A stretch of DNA of 27,165 bases from an archaeon (lineage in GTDB: Archaea > Iainarchaeota > Iainarchaeia > Iainarchaeales > CSSED10-239): contig DAOOUC010000008.1 in NCBI GenBank assembly GCA_035390665.1, positions 1 through 27,165 of the forward strand, written 5' to 3'. The first letter of the stretch is position 1. The number at the start of each line of letters is the position of its first letter. The notes under the pieces were generated by a model that made no database searches, had not been told where the DNA came from, and saw only the letters and a list, made by a program, of their open reading frames with translations. Below are positions 15,863-24,236 of this stretch, piece after piece. The position numbers were made by a program, and so were the translations under genes.

Positions 15863-17494
15863 TTCTTTCTTAATATATTCTATTGCTTCTTCTGTTGTTT
15901 TAAAAATTTGTTTTTTAGAAATTAGTTCTGACATCTCGTAATCTTCTTCAAATGTTTTTTTAACTTGTGGACTAAGGCTTGTTAGAATAACTGTGCTTTT
16001 TAATCTTTTTTGTCTGTCTTTAATAAATATTTTTAATCTTTCAAGTCCTGTTGAATCAATAAAGGGAACAAACTTAAATCTTAAAATTATTATTTGACTG
16101 TGGTTTTGTAAATGTTCATCAATCTTTGTTTCAAATACATTAATTACTCCAAAGAATAATGGACCATAGATTGTATATATTTGAACCTTGTCTTTTAATC
16201 TCTTGTCTTTGTCTATTTCTTTCTTGTAGTGCGTGTCTTCTTCGCTATTTTCTAGATTCTTAATGTCTGTAATCTTTACTAATTTAACAAATAACAAAAG
16301 CATTGCAAGAACCATTCCGACTTGTATTGCAAATACTAAGTCTGTTATTACTGTTAAAATTAATGTTGTTAAATAAACCATTACTTCTAATCTTCCAAGT
16401 CTAAATATTGTCTTTGCTTCTGCAATATTTACCATTCTAAAAGAAACAACCATTAATATTCCCGCTAAAAATGCTTTTGGAATCAAGTCTGTATAGCTTC
16501 CAAAGAATAACAGAATCAATAACAGAATTAATGATTGATAGATTGCAGCCATCTTTGTTTTTGCGCCTTCTTTAATATTAACTGCAGAACGGGCAATTGC
16601 TGCAGTTGCTGGAATCCCCCCAAAGAAAGGAACAACTATATTAGCTATTCCTTGTCCAAATAGTTCTTTGTTACTATTGTGCTTTGTACTTGTAATACTG
16701 TCACAAACTGCTGCACATAAAAGAGATTCTATTGCGCCAAGTAAGGCAATGGTTAAGGCCGCAGGAAGAACATGTATTACTAAACTTAAATTAATATTAA
16801 ATAAACTTGGAAGAGGAAAACTTGCACTCATTTTTCCAACTGTTGGAACAGTTACTCCAAGTATTACAATTGTTACTGACAATAATAAAGCAATGATTGA
16901 TGCAGGGATATTTTTTATATAGTTTGTCTTTGATAATAATTTTGGCAAAAATACCATACCTAAAATAGTTAATATCCCTATTATCAAAGCAAAAAGATTA
17001 ATTAAAGAAATTTGAGAAAAAGTAGACATTAAATTTTCTAAAGTTGTGCCTTGTGTTGCTAAAGTTATTCCTAAAAAATTTGGCACTTGCCCTAAAAAGA
17101 TTATGATTCCAATTCCTGCAGTAAAACCACTAATTACAGGAAAAGGAATATATTTTAGAACAATTCCAAGTTTTAAATAACTGAATAATAATAAAATTAT
17201 TCCTGACAAGAAACCTGCAAGTAGCAATCCTTCTATTCCAAATTTCTGAACTGTTGAAAGAACAATGACTGTCATTGCTCCTGTTGGCCCAGTTATTGAA
17301 AATGTAGAGCCTCCAAAGATTGCAGCTAAAATCCCTGCAATTATTGCTGTGTACATTCCCATTATTGGGTTAACACCTGAAGCAATTGCAAAAGCAATAG
17401 CTAAAGGTAAAGCTACAATTGCAGTTATAAAACCAGCCTTAAGGTCTGGAATAAAATTAGTTTTGAAATATTTATCTACTGTTGGATTACTCAT
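15854..17494 (-). CDS. SulP-family anion (sulfate/bicarbonate) transporter with C-terminal STAS domain
   Basis: About 546 aa with many TM helices. It has the SulP-type N-terminal DLKAGFITAIVALPLAIAFAIASGV and a C-terminal STAS-like region (IIILRFKFVPFIDSTGLERL). I prefer the ATG at 17494 (MSNPTV) to the track's TTG at 17506. Confidence 0.9.
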   Translation of the reverse strand: MSNPTVDKYFKTNFIPDLKAGFITAIVALPLAIAFAIASGVNPIMGMYTAIIAGILAAIFGGSTFSITGPTGAMTVIVLSTVQKFGIEGLLLAGFLSGIILLLFSYLKLGIVLKYIPFPVISGFTAGIGIIIFLGQVPNFLGITLATQGTTLENLMSTFSQISLINLFALIIGILTILGMVFLPKLLSKTNYIKNIPASIIALLLSVTIVILGVTVPTVGKMSASFPLPSLFNINLSLVIHVLPAALTIALLGAIESLLCAAVCDSITSTKHNSNKELFGQGIANIVVPFFGGIPATAAIARSAVNIKEGAKTKMAAIYQSLILLLILLFFGSYTDLIPKAFLAGILMVVSFRMVNIAEAKTIFRLGRLEVMVYLTTLILTVITDLVFAIQVGMVLAMLLLFVKLVKITDIKNLENSEEDTHYKKEIDKDKRLKDKVQIYTIYGPLFFGVINVFETKIDEHLQNHSQIIILRFKFVPFIDSTGLERLKIFIKDRQKRLKSTVILTSLSPQVKKTFEEDYEMSELISKKQIFKTTEEAIEYIKKELI

Positions 17495-17514
17495 GTTATG
17501 CGCCAATGTTATTA

Positions 17515-17585
17515 AGCCTTGGCAGGGAGTCGAACCCCGTTATTTCGCTCTGCAGGCGAACGCATGACCGTTTTGCTACCAAGGC
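17515..17585 (-). tRNA. tRNA-Cys (anticodon GCA), discriminator U73, no encoded CCA
   Basis: Folded by hand as GCCTTGG TA GCAA AACGGTC ATGC G TTCGC CTGCAGA GCGAA ATAA CGGGG TTCGACT CCCTG CCAAGGC T. It has one A-A mismatch in the D stem and one G-U in the T stem. Confidence 0.88.
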
Positions 17586-17669
17586 AAATTAATTCTAATA
17601 TATAATTATGAACAAATATGTTTTTAAAAGGAACAACTTTTTATAAGAAGTTGGTTACATATGTTATAT

Positions 17670-18875
17670 ATGAAAATTGCAATTATTAGTGATTGGCATC
17701 TTGGCTATGATTTTGAGGGCGAACTTAAAGACGATAGTTTTGATAATCTTTTTTGTGCTTTTAAACAAATTGAAGAACAGAATGTAGATTTAATACTTGC
17801 TCCTGGAGATCTTTTCGATATTTCTATTCCTAGTCAAGATATTATGTTTAAAGCCATTAATCTTTTAAATGAAATAAATATTTCAAATAATCTTAATATT
17901 AATAACAATCTTGGGAAGAAACTTAAAATACCAATGCTTGCAATTGTTGGGAATCACGAATATCGTGGTAAAGATTATGTTAGTACTGTTGAACTTTTAG
18001 AGTCTATTGGCTTTCTTAGAAATCTAAAAGCAGATTCTTTTATTTTTGAAAATGAAAAAGTCGCGATATTTGGAATGACTGGGATTCCTGAAAAATATGC
18101 TTTACAATATTTAAAGGAAAGGTTTAATCCTGTGCCAAAAGTTGGATACTTCAATATCTTGATGCTTCATCAATCAATAAAGGAATATCTTCCATTTGAA
18201 GACGAGATGGTTGCGTCCATTTCTCTTGGGGATTTGCCAAGTGGTTTTAATATAATTATTAATGGGCACCTTCATTGGTCAAGTGTTGTTGACCTCCCAC
18301 AAGGCCCAAGATTTCTTCTTCCAGGTTCAACTGTGACTACACAAGTTAAAAAGAAAGAAACAGAAAAACCAAAAGGTTATTTTATTCTTGATACTGATAA
18401 ATCAAAAGAAGAACAACTTGAGTTTTTTGAAATCAAAGGCATCAGACAAACTCATTATCTTGACATTAAATTTCAAAAACAAAATATAAATGCAATTCGT
18501 GAAAAAATAATTTCCGAAATTGAAACTTTAGAAAAAAATTCAGAAAAAAAAGCAATTGTTAGAATTAGGTTAAAGGGAGAACTTGAAGATGGAGAGTTTC
18601 TTAAAAACCTTAACCTTAATGACATTAAGAAAAAATATTTAGATTATTTTTATGTCTCTTTAAAAAATGAAATCGAAGAAAAGAAACTTAAAGAATCAAT
18701 TGAGCAACTCAAGAAACTACAAACAGAAAATAAAAACTCGAAAGACTTGGCAAAAGACATCTTCTTTGAACAGATTGAGCAAACTAAGATATCTAAAGAC
18801 TTTGATTATAAGCGCATTTACGAGCTTCTAGATAATGGAGAGGTGGTAAAAGCAAAAGAGATTTTAAATAATTAA
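17670..18875 (+). CDS. mre11: Mre11-type DNA double-strand-break repair nuclease (calcineurin-like phosphoesterase)
   Basis: The phosphoesterase motifs appear in order: IISDWHLG, GDLFD, GNHE, MLHQ and GHLH. The C-terminal 80 or so residues are coiled-coil-like. The start could be the ATG at 17661 or the one at 17670 (MKIAIISD). Confidence 0.85.
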   Translation: MKIAIISDWHLGYDFEGELKDDSFDNLFCAFKQIEEQNVDLILAPGDLFDISIPSQDIMFKAINLLNEINISNNLNINNNLGKKLKIPMLAIVGNHEYRGKDYVSTVELLESIGFLRNLKADSFIFENEKVAIFGMTGIPEKYALQYLKERFNPVPKVGYFNILMLHQSIKEYLPFEDEMVASISLGDLPSGFNIIINGHLHWSSVVDLPQGPRFLLPGSTVTTQVKKKETEKPKGYFILDTDKSKEEQLEFFEIKGIRQTHYLDIKFQKQNINAIREKIISEIETLEKNSEKKAIVRIRLKGELEDGEFLKNLNLNDIKKKYLDYFYVSLKNEIEEKKLKESIEQLKKLQTENKNSKDLAKDIFFEQIEQTKISKDFDYKRIYELLDNGEVVKAKEILNN

Positions 18876-18915
18876 AACAAAACCTATATATATATGTTTG
18901 ATTATATAATTATAT

Positions 18916-19224
18916 ATGAAATGCTTATCATATAACTTCTTTTCTGTTATTGGAAATCAATTGAGATGGAAGATAATTAAAAAACTTTACAAAAGCGACA
19001 TGACTGTTTCTGAAATCTGTGTTTCTCTTGAAGAAGAACAATCAAAAGTCAGTCATAGCCTAAAAGTCTTACTTGATTGTAATGTTGTTTTTTCAAGAAG
19101 GGATGGAAAGAATGTAATTTATTCTCTTAATAAGAAAACAATTAAACCTCTTGTTAAAATTGTAAACCAGCACACAAAAGATTTCTGTAAAAACAAATGC
19201 TGTAAAAAAGAGGTAAAGAAATGA
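18916..19224 (+). CDS. ArsR/SmtB-family winged-helix transcriptional regulator with Cys-rich C-terminus
   Basis: 102 aa. It carries VSEICVSLEEEQSKVSHSLKVLLDCNVVFSRRDGKNVIYSL (ArsR HTH pattern QS.VSHHL..L) and the tail DFCKNKCCKKE. Its stop overlaps the iscS start (ATGA). Confidence 0.75.
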   Translation: MKCLSYNFFSVIGNQLRWKIIKKLYKSDMTVSEICVSLEEEQSKVSHSLKVLLDCNVVFSRRDGKNVIYSLNKKTIKPLVKIVNQHTKDFCKNKCCKKEVKK

Positions 19225-20372
19225 ACTCAATATATCTTGATAATGCTGCAACAACAAAGATGCACTCATTAGTAAAGGCTGCAATGATTGAAGCAGAAGA
19301 AAAATATTTTGGAAATTCTTCTAGTCTTCACGGAGTTGGTAGAGCTGCAAAAACGGAACTTGATAAAGCAAGAGAAAATATTTCTAAAAAAGTTTCAAAC
19401 AAAAACCACAAACTAATATTTACTTCTGGTGGAACAGAGAGTAATAACTTTGCAATCAAGGGACTAGCAGAAGCCAACAAAAACAAGAAACACATAATCA
19501 CAACAAAGATTGAACACGATTGTGTGCTTAACACAACTAAGTTTTTAGAAAAGAGTGGATACTCTGTTACTTATCTTGATGTTGATAATAATGGGTTTGT
19601 AAACTTAGAACAACTTGAGAAATCAATTACTAAAGACACACTTTTAGTTTCTGTGATTCACGGAAACAATGAGATTGGAACTGTGCAAGACCTAAGAGAG
19701 ATTGGTAAAATTGTTCATGAAAAAAATAGTTTATTTCATACAGACGCTTGTCAAAGTTTTACTAAAGTTCCAATTGATCTTGAAAAAGACAACATTGATC
19801 TTTTAACAATTAATGCTCACAAGATTTATGGGCCTAAAGGTGTTGGAGGATTATTTATTAAAGAAGGAATAAAATTAGAGCCTCTTTTACATGGAGGAGG
19901 ACACGAATATAAACTTAGAAGTGGAACTGTTAATGTTCCTGGAATTATTGGTTTTTCAAAAGCCACCGAAATTATTGGAGAGAAAGAAATAGAACATATG
20001 ACTACTCTTAGAAATCAACTTGTTAATGGTTTAAAGGATGTTGAGGATTCTTGGTTAAATGGAGCAAGTTTAGATTGTGGAAAAAGACTTTGCAATAATG
20101 CAAACATTAGTTTTATGTATGCCGAAGGAGAAGCAATACTTCTTTATCTTGATGCTCTTGGGATTTCTGTTTCTACAGGTTCAGCATGTTCGTCTAATAC
20201 TCTTGAACCAAGTCATGTTCTAAAAGCTATTGGCTTAAAACAAGAGCAAACACACGGAACAGTAAGATTTTCTGTTGGTATTGATAACACTAAAGAAGAA
20301 ATTAAATACACAATAGATTCAGTAAAAGATACAATTGAAAAACTAAGAAAAATGTGTCCTTATAAATATTAA
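19221..20372 (+). CDS. iscS: Cysteine desulfurase (NifS/IscS class)
   Basis: 383 aa. It carries SGGTESNN, the PLP-lysine motif NAHKIYGPKGVGGL and the catalytic loop STGSACSS. Confidence 0.9.
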   Translation: MNSIYLDNAATTKMHSLVKAAMIEAEEKYFGNSSSLHGVGRAAKTELDKARENISKKVSNKNHKLIFTSGGTESNNFAIKGLAEANKNKKHIITTKIEHDCVLNTTKFLEKSGYSVTYLDVDNNGFVNLEQLEKSITKDTLLVSVIHGNNEIGTVQDLREIGKIVHEKNSLFHTDACQSFTKVPIDLEKDNIDLLTINAHKIYGPKGVGGLFIKEGIKLEPLLHGGGHEYKLRSGTVNVPGIIGFSKATEIIGEKEIEHMTTLRNQLVNGLKDVEDSWLNGASLDCGKRLCNNANISFMYAEGEAILLYLDALGISVSTGSACSSNTLEPSHVLKAIGLKQEQTHGTVRFSVGIDNTKEEIKYTIDSVKDTIEKLRKMCPYKY

Positions 20373-20858
20373 ATGGTTGAAAAAATGGAAGAATATTCAA
20401 AAAAAGTTATTGAAAATTTCATGAGTCCAAAAAATATGGGCGAAATTGAAAATGCAGATGGCGTGGGTAAAGTTGGTAATCCTAAGTGTGGGGACATCAT
20501 GTGGATATACATTAAAGTTTCAAAGAACGACAAGGGAGAAGAAATTATTGAAGATATAAAATTTAAAACACTTGGTTGTGCTGCAGCAATTGCAACTTCT
20601 TCTATGGTAACTGAACTTGCTAAAGGAAAAACATTAACACAAGCTTTTAATATCACAAGAGGGGATGTTGCTAATTCTCTTGATGGGCTTCCACCAATAA
20701 AGATGCATTGCTCTAATTTAGCCGCAGATGGCTTACAAGAAGCAATTAATGATTATTATAAAAAACAAGGGCGAGAAATCTTGAAGATAATACACAACGA
20801 TAACTGTTCTTGTTGTAATAAAGAAAAAAACTGTAATAAAAAAGGAGGTAATATATGA
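20373..20858 (+). CDS. iscU: IscU/NifU-like Fe-S cluster scaffold with Cys-rich C-terminal tail
   Basis: 161 aa. The three scaffold Cys motifs are GNPKCGD, TLGCAAAIATSS and KMHCSNLA. An extra tail reads DNCSCCNKEKNC. It starts immediately after the iscS stop. Confidence 0.9.
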   Translation: MVEKMEEYSKKVIENFMSPKNMGEIENADGVGKVGNPKCGDIMWIYIKVSKNDKGEEIIEDIKFKTLGCAAAIATSSMVTELAKGKTLTQAFNITRGDVANSLDGLPPIKMHCSNLAADGLQEAINDYYKKQGREILKIIHNDNCSCCNKEKNCNKKGGNI

Positions 20859-21103
20859 AAGTAGATAAACACACAAAATTAGGAAAAATAATGAAAATGA
20901 AAGGAATGGAAAAAATTTTAACAAAATACAATGTTCCTTGTGTAAGTTGCCCTATGGCAAAAATGGAAATGGATTCCTTAGAGCTTGGTTATGTTTGTAA
21001 AATTTATGGACTTCCAGAAAAAGAAATAATACTTGAGATAAACAAAATTCTTAAAAAGAAAGACAAAGCAGAAAAACCAAAAAAGAAAATAAAACTAATC
21101 TAA
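20855..21103 (+). CDS. DUF1858-type small redox-disulfide (CxxC) protein
   Basis: 82 aa. TKLGKIM...ILTKYNVPCVSCPMAKMEMDSLELGYVCKIYGLPEKEIILEINKIL resembles the hybrid-cluster-protein-associated redox disulfide domain (C..CP.A..E.LE.....HG......LN). It overlaps the iscU stop by 4 nt. Confidence 0.6.
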   Translation: MKVDKHTKLGKIMKMKGMEKILTKYNVPCVSCPMAKMEMDSLELGYVCKIYGLPEKEIILEINKILKKKDKAEKPKKKIKLI

Positions 21104-21411
21104 ATTATAGATATTATTTTGCCCAAAATCGCAGTTAATAAATTAGCAATTGCTGAAATTAGGATTGCTTTTTTATAATCTATTTCAAATAACCACTTTA
21201 TTAAAAATATTTCAACTATAAAAACACTAAATTCGATAATTATTAAATTACCTGTTTGTTTATAAAAAATTGTTGCGATTGGATGAGTCACACAATTAAT
21301 TAAAATTGCATAAAATACAATATCTAAAATTGGTCTCTTTATAAAAAATAAGTGCGTCGTAAATTCTAAAACAATTGTTATTACTAAACTAAAAAGATAT
21401 GGCAGGGTCAT
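21100..21411 (-). CDS. Small polytopic membrane protein (3-4 TM), unknown function
   Basis: 103 aa and hydrophobic. The few polar residues in or near the helices are E16, H20, R26, C40, H43, E60 and E67. It overlaps the upstream ORF by 4 nt, and its stop overlaps the convergent DUF1858 stop (CTAA). Confidence 0.4.
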   Translation of the reverse strand: MTLPYLFSLVITIVLEFTTHLFFIKRPILDIVFYAILINCVTHPIATIFYKQTGNLIIIEFSVFIVEIFLIKWLFEIDYKKAILISAIANLLTAILGKIISII

Positions 21412-22127
21412 AAATTTTTCTTTTTGTTTTTCCTTATAATCAAAATTATTGAAATTATAATGATTGCAATTAAAGAGATTATAACTACAAAATATCTATT
21501 TTTTGCTAAACTATTTGAGGTTATTTCTATTGGAATTATACTATTTTTTATCTCTTCTGATGCGGCATATTTAGAAATTGGCCTGCTTTCGTTAGTGTAT
21601 GGAATTTCTTCACTAATTCCATTTGTATATGTGTAAATGATTTTTACTTTTTGGAAATTAGATGCAGAATCTCTAAAATTTGGGAGTGCCATTACATCTA
21701 CAACTTTAACTATTGGGTTTTCTTCTTTTACAGTAATCATTGGATGATAATTAAGATCTTTACAAATAAAATTATTATCAGACATATTTGAATTTAACCA
21801 TTGCCTATCACTTTTAGAAATTTGTGTTCTATAATTTGTATCTAATAATGTAATTGGAACTTTATTTTTCTCTATTACACAAACTTTAAAATTACAAAAT
21901 TTATACATTCCATAACAACCATCTGGATCATTTAATAAATAGGTTGTAGGGATAGTAGTATCACAAACCGCGAAAAGACCATAATCTTGATAATCGCTCA
22001 GATTATTAAATTTAATACAGTATTTTATAGATTTATATCCTTCTGGTATAAAGTCTGCAAATATATTTGGAACAAATAATACAAGCAAAATTAAAATTAG
22101 TTTACAAAAATAAATATTTTTTTTCAT
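21408..22127 (-). CDS. Secreted, C-terminally anchored Cys-containing protein, unknown function
   Basis: I prefer the ATG at 22127 (MKKNIYFCKLILILLVLFV, signal-peptide-like). It has an extracellular domain of about 190 aa with 8 Cys. The C-terminus has a TM helix plus a basic tail (FVVIISLIAIIIISIILIIRKNKKKNL). Confidence 0.45.
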   Translation of the reverse strand: MKKNIYFCKLILILLVLFVPNIFADFIPEGYKSIKYCIKFNNLSDYQDYGLFAVCDTTIPTTYLLNDPDGCYGMYKFCNFKVCVIEKNKVPITLLDTNYRTQISKSDRQWLNSNMSDNNFICKDLNYHPMITVKEENPIVKVVDVMALPNFRDSASNFQKVKIIYTYTNGISEEIPYTNESRPISKYAASEEIKNSIIPIEITSNSLAKNRYFVVIISLIAIIIISIILIIRKNKKKNL

Positions 22128-22176
22128 AAATATATTAAAAACGAACAATTTATAAAACCCTTTTGTTAAAATGATT

Positions 22177-22506
22177 TTAATCTTCTACAAATATTTTTTT
22201 TGTGCCTTCTCTTGTAGCTGCTATTCTTTCTAGATTTGCTTGATATTCTGCAAGAAGAGTTTTTTCTTTTTTTGTTAAACCATATTTCACTTGTTTTTGA
22301 TGTAATTTATTAATCTTTCTAACAAGTGCTTTTATTACCGCATCTATCTTTCCGCCATTATGAACCATTCTTTTTGTAATTGTTGGAGATATGTTTGCTT
22401 TTTTATTTTTTGAAACCACAATTTGTCTTTCAATAACTGGTTTAGGAATTAACATTTTTTGTTTTGGTTTAAATAAATTCCGTAATACTCTTAACATAAA
22501 AATCAC
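22177..22506 (-). CDS. Hypothetical basic protein coupled to the ACD alpha gene
   Basis: 109 aa and Lys/Arg-rich, with no motif I recognise. A GTG start overlaps the upstream TGA (GTGA); an alternative ATG lies at 22497. Confidence 0.35.
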   Translation of the reverse strand: MIFMLRVLRNLFKPKQKMLIPKPVIERQIVVSKNKKANISPTITKRMVHNGGKIDAVIKALVRKINKLHQKQVKYGLTKKEKTLLAEYQANLERIAATREGTKKIFVED

Positions 22507-23846
22507 TTTAATAATCTAAGAATGTCGCTTAAATCTTTAGGATCTCTAAAACACAAAACTTTCCTTTTCTCAAACTCTTTTACTTGTTCTTCTGTTTTGA
22601 TTCCACCAATTGTTAGAATAAAAACCGGTTTCTTATTTTTGTTCTTTATCTCTGCAATTTCTTTTGGAATTTCTTTAGAGAGGCTTGGTAGTTGTAAAAG
22701 CATTAAAACTACAATTGCATTTGTGTTTTTGTCTTTCAAGCAAAGATTAATGATATCATTAAATCTTTTATTGTCTGCATCTCCAGTTAGATCAACGGGA
22801 TTACCAATAGTTGCATAGATAGGAACTTTATTTTTTATTTCTGCTTTTGTGTTTTCTGTAATTTGGCTTAAATTTATTTTCTCTAACTCTAATTGGTCAG
22901 TGGTTAATACTCCAAATCCACCACCATTTGTTATTATCTGAATATTCTTTATTTTATCTTCTTTATACCATGAATAAAACTTAGAAAGATTAAACAGTTC
23001 TCTTATTGTAAAAACTTGAAATGCTCCAGCTTGCTTGATTGCAGTAGAAAAAACTTTTGAGGAACCAGCAATTGCGGCAGTATGGCTTTTTACTGCATTT
23101 GTTCCTTTGTCCGTTACTCCGCCTTTAAGTATTATTACTTTTTTGGTTTTAGAAACTTTTTTTAAAATATTAAAAAACTTTTCTCCATCTTTTACCCCTT
23201 CGATATAACAAAGAATAATGTCTGTGGTTTTGTCTTTTTGAAAATATTCTAAAAGATCTGATTCATCAATATCTAAAGCATTACCATAAGATACAAACTT
23301 ATTAATATCTAGTTGTTCTTTACTTGCTAAATCTAATATTGCAAGACCTAAAGCGCCAGATTGAGTAATTATTGAAACTTTTCCTGGTTTAGGGAGATCA
23401 TATTTTTCTCTAGAATTAAATGTTGCATCTAATCCATTTGTAAGATTAAGAATTCCAAGACAATTTGGACCAATAAGATTTATTTTTTCTTTAGTTATTA
23501 ATTTTTTTATTTTTTCTGTAAGATCTGTTCTTCCAATTTCTGAAAAACCAGAAGTAATCATTAAAATATTTTTACATTTTGTTTTTGCAATTTCTTTAAC
23601 AACATCATAAGTTATTGCTGCTGGGGTTGCAATAACAGCTAAATCTATGTTTTCTTTAATATCTGTTACACTTTTAAAAACTTGTTTACCAAGCAGCTTT
23701 TTTCCAGAAAGTCTTGGATTAACAAAAAAAACTTTGCCCTTATAATGGTTAAGATTATTTGAAATGGTGTTACCCACACTTCCCTTATTATCTGATGCTC
23801 CAATCAAACACACATTTTTTGGTGTAAAAAAAGATTCAATAGTCAT
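22503..23846 (-). CDS. acdA: Acetyl-CoA synthetase (ADP-forming), alpha subunit (CoA-binding + succinyl-CoA-ligase-like domains)
   Basis: It carries FFTPKNVCLIGASDNKGSVG (CoA-binding Rossmann), LIGPNCLGILN, ITQSGALGLAI and the phosphohistidine loop KSHTAAIAGS. The start is set at the ATG at 23846 (MTIESFF); the track's longer N-terminal extension is hydrophobic and looks like junk. Confidence 0.85.
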   Translation of the reverse strand: MTIESFFTPKNVCLIGASDNKGSVGNTISNNLNHYKGKVFFVNPRLSGKKLLGKQVFKSVTDIKENIDLAVIATPAAITYDVVKEIAKTKCKNILMITSGFSEIGRTDLTEKIKKLITKEKINLIGPNCLGILNLTNGLDATFNSREKYDLPKPGKVSIITQSGALGLAILDLASKEQLDINKFVSYGNALDIDESDLLEYFQKDKTTDIILCYIEGVKDGEKFFNILKKVSKTKKVIILKGGVTDKGTNAVKSHTAAIAGSSKVFSTAIKQAGAFQVFTIRELFNLSKFYSWYKEDKIKNIQIITNGGGFGVLTTDQLELEKINLSQITENTKAEIKNKVPIYATIGNPVDLTGDADNKRFNDIINLCLKDKNTNAIVVLMLLQLPSLSKEIPKEIAEIKNKNKKPVFILTIGGIKTEEQVKEFEKRKVLCFRDPKDLSDILRLLK

Positions 23847-23933
23847 AATTATTCGTTTTTCCTCTAATAATATATTAAAAAATAAATATATAATGCTTTC
23901 TTTCTTATGTTTTATTGTAAGAGGCATAAAAAT

Positions 23934-24230
23934 ATGGGAAAACATTCTAAATCAATTGTAAGAATTCCTGGTTTTAGAAAACCAAAAATTATAGAATTCA
24001 AATCCACAAAATCTAATATTAAAAAAGTAATTTCTGAAAGTAGAGGAAACCCTGAAAGACTTATTGCAAATATCGGACATCTGGAAGTTTCTGAATTTTT
24101 TAAAATCATTACAAATAACCCTAAATATGAAAGAGTCATGAAATTTTTTGGAAAAACAAAAATGAGCGATTTTTTAAAAAATAATAGAGAATTGTTTTTA
24201 GAAATATTAGCAAAAGAAATATATAAGTGA
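23934..24230 (+). CDS. Hypothetical small basic protein at the head of the por operon
   Basis: About 98 aa from the ATG at 23934, which is preceded by AGAGG. It ends 6 nt before porG and has no motif I recognise. Confidence 0.35.
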   Translation: MGKHSKSIVRIPGFRKPKIIEFKSTKSNIKKVISESRGNPERLIANIGHLEVSEFFKIITNNPKYERVMKFFGKTKMSDFLKNNRELFLEILAKEIYK

Positions 24231-24236
24231 TAAAAT

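Noticed and set aside
23847-23945. Longer ACD alpha N-terminus (MFSHIFMPLTIKHKK...) and the overlapping 23907 start of the plus-strand small ORF
   Set aside because: The ACD homology begins at MTIESFFTPKNV. The extension would overlap the divergent promoter region and the neighbouring ORF. Internal ATGs with Shine-Dalgarno-like sequences are preferred for both genes.
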